Assembly (NCBI GenBank): GCA_028278675.1 | Contig: JAQAJJ010000027.1 | Coordinates: 4,986-68,985, forward strand | DNA from: Candidatus Azophilus lithoversatilis | Lineage (GTDB): Bacteria; Pseudomonadota; Gammaproteobacteria; Pseudomonadales; Azotimanducaceae | DNA: 64,000 nucleotides | Direction: 5' to 3' | Part shown: in pieces, positions 45,711-53,998 of the stretch | Layout of the letters: each line of letters starts with the position of its first letter | Position numbering within the stretch: position 1 is the first letter of the stretch | Made by a program: the position numbers and the translations under genes | Notes under the pieces: model-generated | Told to the model about the DNA's origin: nothing | Databases searched by the model: none | What the model saw: only the letters and a program-made list of their open reading frames with translations

Positions 45711-46721
45711 ATGTCCGAATCCGCCAATCGTCAATTCCTGCTCGCCGCCCGTCCGCACGGGATGGTCAAGGCCTCCGATTTCGAGTACCGGGAGGTCGCC
45801 GTGCCGACGCCAGGCCCCGGGGAGGCGCTCGTCAAGACCCACTACATCTCATTGGATCCTTCCATGCGCGGGCAAATGGAGAATCGGGCCGACTACGTCG
45901 CGCCCCTAGCGCTCGGCAGCATCATGCGGGCCCGCGGCGTCGGCACGGTGATGGCCTCCAACAATTCCCAATATCCCGAAGGCACCCAGGTGACCGGCAC
46001 GTTTGGCATGCAGGACTACGCCCTATCGGACGGCAATAATCTGCCCCTGCGGACCTTCGAGGCCAACATCGACCCGAAGGTGGCCTTGGGCGTGCTCGGC
46101 GGCACCGGCATGACGGCCTACTTCGGGTTGCTCGACGTCGGCCAGCCCAAGGCGGGAGACGTGGTGATGATCAGTGGCGCAGCCGGCGCCACGGGCAGCG
46201 TCGCCGGGCAGATTGCCAAGATCAAGGGCTGCACGGTGTTCGGCATGGCGGGCAGCGACGAAAAGTGCGCCTGGCTGACCGACGAACTCGGCTTCGACGG
46301 CGCCTTCAACTACAAGACCGCCGACGCGGCGGCGGAGGTGGACCGGCTGTGCCCGAACGGCATTAACGTCTTCTTCGACAACGTCGGCGGCGAGATTCTG
46401 GACATTTGCCTCGACCGCATCGCCATGAACGCCCGCATCGTGATCTGCGGCGGCATTTCCCGTTACAACCTCACCGAGCAGCCGCCGGGACCTAGAAACT
46501 ACTTCAACTTGGTCTTCCGCCGCGCCCGCATGGAGGGGTTCATCGTCATCGACTACGAACACCGCTACCCGGAGGCGGAGGCCCAGATGCGCCGCTGGAT
46601 CGACGCCGGGCAGCTTCAGCAGCAAACCACCGTCATCGACGGCTTCAAGGAACTGCCGAACGCGCTCATCCAGCTCTTTGCAGGCGCCAACACCGGCAAG
46701 ATGATGGTGCGGACCACATGA
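45711..46721 (+). CDS. NADP-dependent oxidoreductase, medium-chain dehydrogenase/reductase family (YncB/CurA-like)
   Basis: From ATG 45711. Nucleotide-binding segment MISGAAGATGSVAGQIAK, with an N-terminal ene-reductase-type domain. Confidence 0.85.
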   Translation: MSESANRQFLLAARPHGMVKASDFEYREVAVPTPGPGEALVKTHYISLDPSMRGQMENRADYVAPLALGSIMRARGVGTVMASNNSQYPEGTQVTGTFGMQDYALSDGNNLPLRTFEANIDPKVALGVLGGTGMTAYFGLLDVGQPKAGDVVMISGAAGATGSVAGQIAKIKGCTVFGMAGSDEKCAWLTDELGFDGAFNYKTADAAAEVDRLCPNGINVFFDNVGGEILDICLDRIAMNARIVICGGISRYNLTEQPPGPRNYFNLVFRRARMEGFIVIDYEHRYPEAEAQMRRWIDAGQLQQQTTVIDGFKELPNALIQLFAGANTGKMMVRTT

Positions 46722-46819
46722 GGCCCGGGCACTGAGCGAATCGATCCGGAGGGTATCGAAAAGCTGAGAGCGCTGTGCGCTGACGCAAATCAGGCCCAAC
46801 AAACCACGGGAGCCCCACC

Positions 46820-47356
46820 ATGAGTGACGAACTGCAAGCCCTGAAAGTCCGCATCGCGCGCCTCGAGGCCAAGGAAGCGGTGCTGAGCGCCTTCAATCGC
46901 TATCTCTACAGCCTGGACACCGGCTTTGGCGACGACATCGTGGACTGCTACACGGCGGACGCGGTGCTCGACGTGCCAAATTTTCCCGGTGCCGGCGGAG
47001 ATGACCTGCACTTCGAGGGCCGGGCGGAGATCGCGCCCCTGTACGCACCCTACAGCGAAGGGCCGAAGGGCATACGCGGCGGCCACCACTCCGCCAACAT
47101 CGCCATCAACGTCGCCCCGGATCTCAACTCCGCTGAAGTCACCGCCTACTTCATGACCAACACCGCCAACGGCGTGCAGGGCGGACGCTACGAAGGGGTC
47201 ATGCGCCCCGGAACGGACGGTCAGTGGCGCTGGAAGACGCTGGCCATCACCAGCGCCTGGGGCTGGCAGATCAAGGACTTCGAAACGGTTTCCGAATCCG
47301 TCGGTTTGGAATACTCGCCGTTCGGTGGCCGCCACGCGGCCTACACGCCACCCTGA
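46820..47356 (+). CDS. SnoaL/NTF2-like fold protein
   Basis: 178 aa. The N-terminal helix LEAKEAVLSAFNRYLYSLD followed by a beta-rich region is typical of SnoaL-like/ring-hydroxylating beta-subunit folds. Function unknown. Confidence 0.55.
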   Translation: MSDELQALKVRIARLEAKEAVLSAFNRYLYSLDTGFGDDIVDCYTADAVLDVPNFPGAGGDDLHFEGRAEIAPLYAPYSEGPKGIRGGHHSANIAINVAPDLNSAEVTAYFMTNTANGVQGGRYEGVMRPGTDGQWRWKTLAITSAWGWQIKDFETVSESVGLEYSPFGGRHAAYTPP

Positions 47357-47508
47357 GCCCGGCAACCGGAGGGCGCCATGCCCTTCCGGGGATCCATGCT
47401 GATTCGAGGCGAGGGGGCAGCCTCGAACGAAGCTGGCTCAAGGGCGTGACGGCCTCGTTTGCGAACCGGGCGTTGACGCAAGAGACGTTGAGCCGCCGCG
47501 CCGCCGAG

Positions 47509-48549
47509 CTAAGGCGCCTCAAACAGCGCCTCGCAGCCGGTGCCGGACAGCAATTCATCCACAAAGGCGCGGTCCTCCCCATCGAGCCGCGCCCGTTCAC
47601 TGCGCAGCCACTGCAGGCATTTGGCTTGGTAGGGGAAGGGCTTTTGGGTCCATGGGCGCCCGTCGATCTCAGTGCGCACTTCGTCTGCGCCCTGATTGAC
47701 CGCCGCAGCATTGGCCAACAACGCGGGGGCGTAAACGCGGCCCACCTCCTCAAGCAGTCCGCGCAGCGTGTCCGGCAGGGCATCGCGCTCAAACCAATGT
47801 CCCAGCTCGGGTTCAAGGCCGGACAGATCCTCCATGACGCCCACCCAGGCAAAGACGTGGGGGGCGCTTTCAAACGCGATTTGCATCGGCGTGGGATCGA
47901 AGCCCGTCAACTGGGTGAGTTGGCCGAAGATGGCGAAATCAGCCGCGCCGGGACGCTGCCCGAGCACGAATGGGCCGTTGCGGATGTGGGCGTCGAAGAG
48001 GTTCAGAAAGCGCCTGTAGCTCGCCTCAATGATCGGGGCGGTTGTCTCGTTGCTGCCCACCACATGCAGGCGGCTGATCTGCCGATCACGGATAAAGGCC
48101 GACATGGGGGCGATTTCGGCGTCGCTGGCGGCCAGATTTCGCCATCTCGGCAGAATCTCGCCACCGCGCTCAATGTCCGCCGGATAGTGCCAGCGATAGT
48201 GGAACATGGCCTTGGTCAGCCATTCATCGCCGTAGTCCTCGAGCAGGAAGTCGATGAACGCCATGGCCGGGTCGGGCGCAACGACCGAGCGGCCCAAGAC
48301 CTCCCGCTCCAAGCGGCGAATGATGGGCGAGGAGTCCACCACCGCCTCGAGATCGCCATCGGCGGCGGGAAGGAAAAAGGTGGGCAGCAGCCCCACCTTC
48401 GGCTGCGGGAGACCGGCATCCGGCTCCCTGCCATCCACCGCGCTTTGCAGAAAGCGATAGGGGATGCGCCGGTAGCGCAGCAGCGCCAGCATCTTGCGGG
48501 TGTAGGGGGAGCCAGGCGCTCCCTTCAAGGCGATTGGGGCATCAAGCAT
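47509..48549 (-). CDS. Glutathione S-transferase-like protein
   Basis: From ATG 48549: thioredoxin-like N-terminal domain KGAPGSPYTRKMLALLRYRRIPY followed by a helical C-terminal domain. The assignment is by overall resemblance only. Confidence 0.55.
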   Translation of the reverse strand: MLDAPIALKGAPGSPYTRKMLALLRYRRIPYRFLQSAVDGREPDAGLPQPKVGLLPTFFLPAADGDLEAVVDSSPIIRRLEREVLGRSVVAPDPAMAFIDFLLEDYGDEWLTKAMFHYRWHYPADIERGGEILPRWRNLAASDAEIAPMSAFIRDRQISRLHVVGSNETTAPIIEASYRRFLNLFDAHIRNGPFVLGQRPGAADFAIFGQLTQLTGFDPTPMQIAFESAPHVFAWVGVMEDLSGLEPELGHWFERDALPDTLRGLLEEVGRVYAPALLANAAAVNQGADEVRTEIDGRPWTQKPFPYQAKCLQWLRSERARLDGEDRAFVDELLSGTGCEALFEAP

Positions 48550-48661
48550 GGGCGAGCACTCATGGGGCATGCGAAGACGCCAGTATAGCGCCAGCGCCCC
48601 ACATCGCCCTCCGATAGTGGTAAATTCGCCCTTTTGCGCAGCCAAGCAAAACGGAGGCCCC

Positions 48662-49399
48662 ATGACCCTACGCATCAACGCTCAAGCGCCCAACTTCACC
48701 GCCGAGACCACCCAAGGCCGCATCGACTTCCACGATTGGATCGGCGACGGCTGGGCGGTGCTGTTCTCCCATCCCAAGGACTTCACCCCGGTCTGCACCA
48801 CTGAACTTGGCTACATGGCCGGCCTCGAGCCGGAATTCACCAAGCGCAATTGCAAGATCATCGGCCTCTCCGTGGACCCGGTGGACAACCACGCCGCCTG
48901 GTCCAAGGACATCGAGGAAACCCAGGGCCACGCCGTCAACTATCCGCTGATCGGCGACCCGGAGCTGAATGTGGCCAAGCTCTATGACATGCTGCCCGCC
49001 GAAGCCGGCGACGCCGCCGAAGGACGCACCGCGGCCGACAACGCCACGGTGCGTTCGGTGTTCGTGATCGGCCCCGACAAGGGCATCAAGGCGATGCTGA
49101 CCTATCCGATGAGCACCGGGCGCAACTTCGACGAGGTGCTGCGCCTGCTCGACTCGTGCCAGCTCACCGCCAAGCACAAGGTGGCGACGCCGGTGAACTG
49201 GAAGCGGGGCGAGGATGTCATCATCGTTCCCGCCGTGTCCGATGAGGAGGCCAAGGCGAAGTTTCCCGACGGCTGGAAAGCGCCCAAGCCCTACCTGCGC
49301 ATCGATCACCAGCCGGTCGTAGCCGGTGACGAAGGCAGCGAGGCCGCCGAGGCGCTCCCAAAGCCCGAGGGAGTGGGCGAAGACGGAAACCCGCCATGA
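48662..49399 (+). CDS. 1-Cys (Prx6-like) peroxiredoxin with an aberrant ~30-residue C-terminal extension
   Basis: From ATG 48662 with a GGAGG Shine-Dalgarno. Active site HPKDFTPVCTTE, and the usual near-C-terminal PDGWKAPKPYLRI. The ORF then runs on through the left copy of the 80-bp inverted repeat (49307-49386) and stops at a TGA overlapping the downstream ATGATG. Confidence 0.88.
   Translation: MTLRINAQAPNFTAETTQGRIDFHDWIGDGWAVLFSHPKDFTPVCTTELGYMAGLEPEFTKRNCKIIGLSVDPVDNHAAWSKDIEETQGHAVNYPLIGDPELNVAKLYDMLPAEAGDAAEGRTAADNATVRSVFVIGPDKGIKAMLTYPMSTGRNFDEVLRLLDSCQLTAKHKVATPVNWKRGEDVIIVPAVSDEEAKAKFPDGWKAPKPYLRIDHQPVVAGDEGSEAAEALPKPEGVGEDGNPP
49307..49386. repeat. Left copy of a perfect 80-bp inverted repeat (partner at 50168-50247)
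   Basis: CACCAGCCGGTCGTAGCCGGTGACGAAGGCAGCGAGGCCGCCGAGGCGCTCCCAAAGCCCGAGGGAGTGGGCGAAGACGG is the exact reverse complement of 50168-50247. It also shows as the shared peptide HQPVVAGDEGSEAAEALPKPEGVGEDG in track ORFs 48548..49399 (+) and 50140..50964 (-). Confidence 0.95.
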
Positions 49400-50763
49400 T
49401 GACTGGCGATGAGTATCGCGCTTCCTTGGACGATGGGCGCGCCACCTTTTTTGAGGGCGAGCAGATCTTCGATCTGCCCGGCCATCCCATCCTCGGCATC
49501 ACTGTGGACTCCGCCGCCGCCGGCTACGACCGCTTCCACGACCCCGCCCCCGGCGCGGTGGGCGCCTTCATGGCGGTGCCGGGTTCGGCCAAGGAACTGC
49601 GCGAGCAAGTGGAACTGCACGAGACCGTGGACCTGCTCACCCATGTCACCTACGCCTCCATCATGACGCTGCTGACCGCCGCCGACCGCATCGAGGCCAC
49701 GCTGCCCGACCAGGCGGCACGCATTCGGGCCTGGGTCAAGGATGCCCAACGGCGGGATGTGCGCATCACCCAGTGCATCACCGACGCCAAGGGCGACCGC
49801 AGCCGACGGCCCGGCAACCAGGACGACCCGGACGCCTACGTGCGGGTCATTGAGCGGCGCTCGGACGGCATCGTCATTCGCGGCGCCAAGCTGCACATCA
49901 GCGCCGCCTCCATGGGCCACGAGCTGATGACCATCCCCACCAAGGGCATGAAGCCCGGCGAGGATCAATACTCGGTGGCCTGCATGGTGCCGGTGGGTGC
50001 GCCGGGGGTGAAGATCATCAACACCACCTACGCGCCGCGCCATGCGGACACACGGGACTTTCCGATGTCCGGCAACCACCACACGCCGGAGGGCTTCGTC
50101 ATTTTCGAAGACGTGTTCGTTCCTAGCGACCGAGTCTTCCTAGCTGGCGAGCACCCGGAATTCGCCGCCGTCTTCGCCCACTCCCTCGGGCTTTGGGAGC
50201 GCCTCGGCGGCCTCGCTGCCTTCGTCACCGGCTACGACCGGCTGGTGGGCCTGGAGCGGGTGGGCCACATCAAGGAGAAGATCAGCGACATGATGATCAA
50301 CGCCACCTTGATTCGGGCCAGCCTCGAAGCCGCCATCGAGAACTGCAGCGTCACCTCCGACGGCGCGGCCTTTCCCAGCGAGCTTTACACCAACGTCGGC
50401 AAATACCACGGAGCCGCCAACTACGCGCTCATGGTGCGCCATCTGCACGACATCGCCGGCGGCAGCATCCTCACGGCGCCGGGCATGGCGGACCTGGACA
50501 ATGAGCAAACCGGCCACTTGGTGCGCAAGTACATGGGCACCCTGCAGTCGGTGGACGGCATCTACCGCTCGAAGCTTTTCCACGCCATCCGCGACTACAC
50601 CGCCGACGCCTTGGGCGGCTGGTACGCGGTGACCAACCTGCAGGCCGGCGGCGGCCTCTACGCCCAACGCATTGTTTCCCGCTTGCACTACGACCTGGAA
50701 CACGCCAAGAAGCTGGCCCTGGAAGCCGCGCACATGGGGGAAAGCGCCAACGGGTCGGCATGA
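49396..50763 (+). CDS. 4-hydroxyphenylacetate 3-hydroxylase (HpaB)/4-hydroxybutyryl-CoA dehydratase-family protein
   Basis: 455 aa with a family-typical layout (IVIRGAKLHISAA..., FEDVFVPSDRVFL, HIKEKISDMM). It contains the right copy of the 80-bp inverted repeat. It looks ~10 residues short just after it, compared with my recollection of family members. Confidence 0.8.
   Translation: MMTGDEYRASLDDGRATFFEGEQIFDLPGHPILGITVDSAAAGYDRFHDPAPGAVGAFMAVPGSAKELREQVELHETVDLLTHVTYASIMTLLTAADRIEATLPDQAARIRAWVKDAQRRDVRITQCITDAKGDRSRRPGNQDDPDAYVRVIERRSDGIVIRGAKLHISAASMGHELMTIPTKGMKPGEDQYSVACMVPVGAPGVKIINTTYAPRHADTRDFPMSGNHHTPEGFVIFEDVFVPSDRVFLAGEHPEFAAVFAHSLGLWERLGGLAAFVTGYDRLVGLERVGHIKEKISDMMINATLIRASLEAAIENCSVTSDGAAFPSELYTNVGKYHGAANYALMVRHLHDIAGGSILTAPGMADLDNEQTGHLVRKYMGTLQSVDGIYRSKLFHAIRDYTADALGGWYAVTNLQAGGGLYAQRIVSRLHYDLEHAKKLALEAAHMGESANGSA
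50168..50247. repeat. Right copy of the perfect 80-bp inverted repeat, inside the HpaB-like gene (encodes AVFAHSLGLWERLGGLAAFVTGYDRLV)
   Basis: See 49307-49386. The spacer between the copies is 781 bp (49387-50167). Confidence 0.95.
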
Positions 50764-50785
50764 GAGCCGACTGCGGACAGCGGCC

Positions 50786-51784
50786 TCAACGGTGGCGGGC
50801 CGCCTCCTCCTTGAGCAGCAGGTAGCGCTCCAACCGGCCCCTGTCCAGCGCTCCGGCGGCGACCGCAGCCTGCACCGCGCAATCGGGCTCGTCGCCGTGA
50901 CGGCAATTGGCGAACCGGCAGCGTTGCGCCAGTATCTCAATATCCTCAAGCACCCCGGCGACATCGCGCTCCCCTGCGGCAGGAATCTTCAGTTCCCGCA
51001 TGCCCGGCGCGTCAAGCAGCAAGCAGCCGTCGGACAACGGATGCAGCGACCGCCGGGTGGTGGTGTGGCGGCCCTTGCCGTCCCGCTGGCGAATCCGCCC
51101 GATCGCCTGCACCGGCGTACCGCTTAGGGTGTTGACCAAGGTGGACTTGCCAACGCCGCTCGGACCGGCCAGCGCGACCGTCGCGCCGAGCCGCCGCCAA
51201 GGGGTCAACGCCTCGACCGACGCGGCGTTGCGGGCGTCCACGCATTCAATGCTCAAGTCGGGACGCAGACCACGGACCCTTTGAACCTGATCCTTCGACG
51301 CTGCGGCCAGATCTCGCTTGGTCAGCACCAGCACGGCCTCGACGCCGCTCTGCTCCGCGAGGTTCAGGTAACGCTCGATCCGAGCGAGATTGAGGGCCTC
51401 ATGACCGGCGGCGACGATGAAGAGCGTGTCAATGTTGGCACCCATGAGCTGGATCTCGCCGCGGGTGCCTGCGCCGATGCGCTTGAGGACGTTGCGGCGC
51501 GCCAGCAGACGCTCAATGCGCTCGGCGGCGGCGTCGAAAGCCACCCAGTCGCCGACGGTGGGTCGGTCTTCCGGGGGCAGTCGGTACCAGCGCCCGCCCA
51601 AGGGCACCGTTCGCTCATCGTCGCCAAGCGCGATGCGCGCGCCGGTGCGCTCCATGGCCATGATGCGCCCCGGCGCGCCATCGCCGGCGCGCAACTGATC
51701 GGCAAAGAAAGGCCCCCAGCCGAGGGTGATCAGACGATTCGGGGCGCTCAAAAATCCCAGCCCGTTCGCGGCGCAGGCAGGCAC
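50786..51784 (-). CDS. rsgA: Ribosome small-subunit-dependent GTPase A
   Basis: Circularly permuted GTPase motifs VLTKRDL then GPSGVGKSTLVNTL, and a C-terminal zinc knuckle CRFANCRHGDEPDCAV. The start is uncertain: GTG 51784, or TTG 51751 overlapping the upstream stop. Confidence 0.88.
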   Translation of the reverse strand: MPACAANGLGFLSAPNRLITLGWGPFFADQLRAGDGAPGRIMAMERTGARIALGDDERTVPLGGRWYRLPPEDRPTVGDWVAFDAAAERIERLLARRNVLKRIGAGTRGEIQLMGANIDTLFIVAAGHEALNLARIERYLNLAEQSGVEAVLVLTKRDLAAASKDQVQRVRGLRPDLSIECVDARNAASVEALTPWRRLGATVALAGPSGVGKSTLVNTLSGTPVQAIGRIRQRDGKGRHTTTRRSLHPLSDGCLLLDAPGMRELKIPAAGERDVAGVLEDIEILAQRCRFANCRHGDEPDCAVQAAVAAGALDRGRLERYLLLKEEAARHR

Positions 51785-53055
51785 AGCGCCTCATCCAGAC
51801 GGTCCAGCAGCGCGCCCGAGGGCGCCATAAGGTCGCTGCCGTGCGCCGGCGTCTCCACGGCCAAGCCGTCCGTCACCGCCAAGCCCGTCGCCGGCGCCAC
51901 CCCGAACCAGAGACGGCTGAAGGCGTTCACGGAGGCTCGCAGGGTGGGCAGGTCATCGCGATGGCCGGATTCGACCCATGAGCTCGGACCCACCGAAATC
52001 CAATAGTCCCCGGCACAGCCTCGCCAAGGGCCGTCCGGCAGATAGTCGGTCACCGGATCGGTTAGCCTCAAATTGAACTGCACTTTCTCGCCCGGCCAAT
52101 GCCGCGCCGCCACGCAGGCGCCCACGTCAAGCATCCGCAACTGCCACCAAGCGGCGGTGCGGTGGTAGGCGGCGTAGTCCGAGTTGCGGGTGTTGCGCCG
52201 GTGGCGGAACGGCTCCTTGAGCAGGGTTTGCAATTGGATGTCCGAGGGCTCGTGCATTGCAATCAAGGAGACTTGATCGCCCAGGGACTTCAGCAAGGCC
52301 AGCAATTCCAGCAACTGCGGCCCATCCTGATAGGCCAGCATCTGCACCTGATAAGGGCCGTGCTCCATCTGCTCGGCAACCAGCCAAACGCAATGGGTCA
52401 ACGCACCGTCGCGCTCATAGCCGAAGCCGAAGCCGTTGGGACGAAAGGAAAGTTCCGCCTTCATTAACTCCGCATCCGGCAGCAGACAACCGCCGTGGCC
52501 CCGGCGGCGGTTCATCATCGCGCCATGCACCGCCCGCCAGTCGTCCTTGGTCAACCGCTTGGGCGGACGAAAGGGCGCATCCACCCGCAAGGTTGCGGGA
52601 TCAAATCGAAAGGTGTGCTCGTAGCTGCCGGTGCCGAAGCCGAGCCGGTCGTAGAAGCCCTGGTCAAAGACGCCGAGCACGGCAAGCGCAGCGCCGTCCT
52701 CGACGCCGGCGGCCAATTGCCGGGCAGTGAGCCGCAGCGCCAAGCCGAGCTTGCGGGCGATTCGGCTAGTCATGACCGCGGTGACCGCGCACATCGACAA
52801 GTCTTCATCGATTCCCGGCTCAAGGGTTTCGACAAAGGCCTTGTTTCTGGCGGCATTCCGATAGCGCATCGCGCCCAGCGAGGTGTGCGCCATGCACTCC
52901 GCCTGACCGTCCAGCGCCGCCGTCAAGCAGCGGCCGGCGCAGAGCATGTCGGCCACCGCGGCCTCGCCCGCCTTGCTGTCAATCCAGCCGATTTCCCGCC
53001 AGATGCGCTGAATGGCCTTCAGGTCCCGTTCGGGTTGGTAAGGTCGAATTTCCAT
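51748..53055 (-). CDS. Eis-like GNAT N-acetyltransferase with C-terminal sterol-carrier-like domain
   Basis: From ATG 53055 (MEIRPYQPERDLKAIQRIW). It has the GNAT core VMTSRIARKLGLALRLTARQLAAGVEDGAALAVLGVFDQGFYDRLGFG, and at ~435 aa the long multi-domain layout of Eis/COG4552-type proteins. Confidence 0.7.
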   Translation of the reverse strand: MEIRPYQPERDLKAIQRIWREIGWIDSKAGEAAVADMLCAGRCLTAALDGQAECMAHTSLGAMRYRNAARNKAFVETLEPGIDEDLSMCAVTAVMTSRIARKLGLALRLTARQLAAGVEDGAALAVLGVFDQGFYDRLGFGTGSYEHTFRFDPATLRVDAPFRPPKRLTKDDWRAVHGAMMNRRRGHGGCLLPDAELMKAELSFRPNGFGFGYERDGALTHCVWLVAEQMEHGPYQVQMLAYQDGPQLLELLALLKSLGDQVSLIAMHEPSDIQLQTLLKEPFRHRRNTRNSDYAAYHRTAAWWQLRMLDVGACVAARHWPGEKVQFNLRLTDPVTDYLPDGPWRGCAGDYWISVGPSSWVESGHRDDLPTLRASVNAFSRLWFGVAPATGLAVTDGLAVETPAHGSDLMAPSGALLDRLDEALCLPAPRTGWDF

Positions 53056-53145
53056 GTTTCCAGCCTGCAACCGGCATACAGCGCTGTCAATGCCCCGCCT
53101 ACAGCGCTACTAATCCAAAACAACTGCGCTTCCCTTCCAACAGTG

Positions 53146-53164
53146 CGAGGGCGGGACGCCCTCG
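53146..53164. repeat. REP-like hairpin CGAGGGCG-GGA-CGCCCTCG (reverse complement of 1519-1537)
   Basis: An exact 19-nt match, in the opposite orientation, to 1519-1537. It is intergenic, between the GNAT start and the NUDIX stop. Confidence 0.6.
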
Positions 53165-53230
53165 AGCCGACCTTCATTCAAAGCCGTTGTCTGGCTTGAG
53201 GGCGGGATGACCACGCACTGAAGGACTTGG

Positions 53231-53998
53231 TCAATGGCCCGGCGGCAGTACCGGCCGGTGCACCGGGAAGTGTCGGTTGCGCGCTGCCGCGTCAATGGCC
53301 GCTTCGGCGGAACGATGGCTGGCCAGTCCCTCCAACTGCAGGCGGGTCACGTTCATCAGGCCAAAGTCTCCCTCCCGATGGCGGCTCAAGGCCTCCTCCG
53401 GGGCGACCCAGACGCTGTCCACGGTTTCATGCTCATCGTGGCGGCCCGCCTGCCCTTCCGGGGCAGCGGCAATGAAGAAGCGGGTGTCGAATCGCCTCGG
53501 GCGGCCCAAGGGCGTGACGAAGCGGCTGTGAAAGTGGACGCGGTCCACCGCCAGCGACAGCCCCTCCCGCTGGCAGATGTCGAACAGCCGCAGGGTACGG
53601 CCATGCAAAGGCTGACGATAGGCGTCGAAGCGGCGGCGCTCGTCGGCATTGGCGTAGGAGAGCAGGACCCCGTCCCGATAGGCAAGCAGCAGTCCCGCCT
53701 CTTCAAAGCTCTCGCGGATGCCCGCAACCCAATAGCCCCGCCACTGCGCACCCAAGGCTTCGGCCTGCGGGGCTTGCCGCTCATCTGGCCCGGTGCGAAC
53801 GGCATCGTACTTGTGCAAATGATCGTCGCCATCCACTCGCCCACCGGGGAAAACGTACATCCCACCGGCGAAGGATGCGCGGTTGGTGCGCTTGAGCATG
53901 AAGATCTCGAATCCCCGCGCCGCTTCGCGCAGCACAATGACCGTGGCCGCCGGACGAATCGGCTGCACGGGAGGCGCCGGCGCTTTGTTAGCGACCAT
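53231..53998 (-). CDS. NUDIX hydrolase
   Basis: From ATG 53998 (MVANKAPAPPVQPIRPAATVIVL). It has a Nudix-box-like segment PGGRVDG...AGIRESFEEAGLL. The N-terminal half of track ORF 53231..54400 overlaps the upstream esterase gene and is not credible. Confidence 0.8.
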   Translation of the reverse strand: MVANKAPAPPVQPIRPAATVIVLREAARGFEIFMLKRTNRASFAGGMYVFPGGRVDGDDHLHKYDAVRTGPDERQAPQAEALGAQWRGYWVAGIRESFEEAGLLLAYRDGVLLSYANADERRRFDAYRQPLHGRTLRLFDICQREGLSLAVDRVHFHSRFVTPLGRPRRFDTRFFIAAAPEGQAGRHDEHETVDSVWVAPEEALSRHREGDFGLMNVTRLQLEGLASHRSAEAAIDAAARNRHFPVHRPVLPPGH

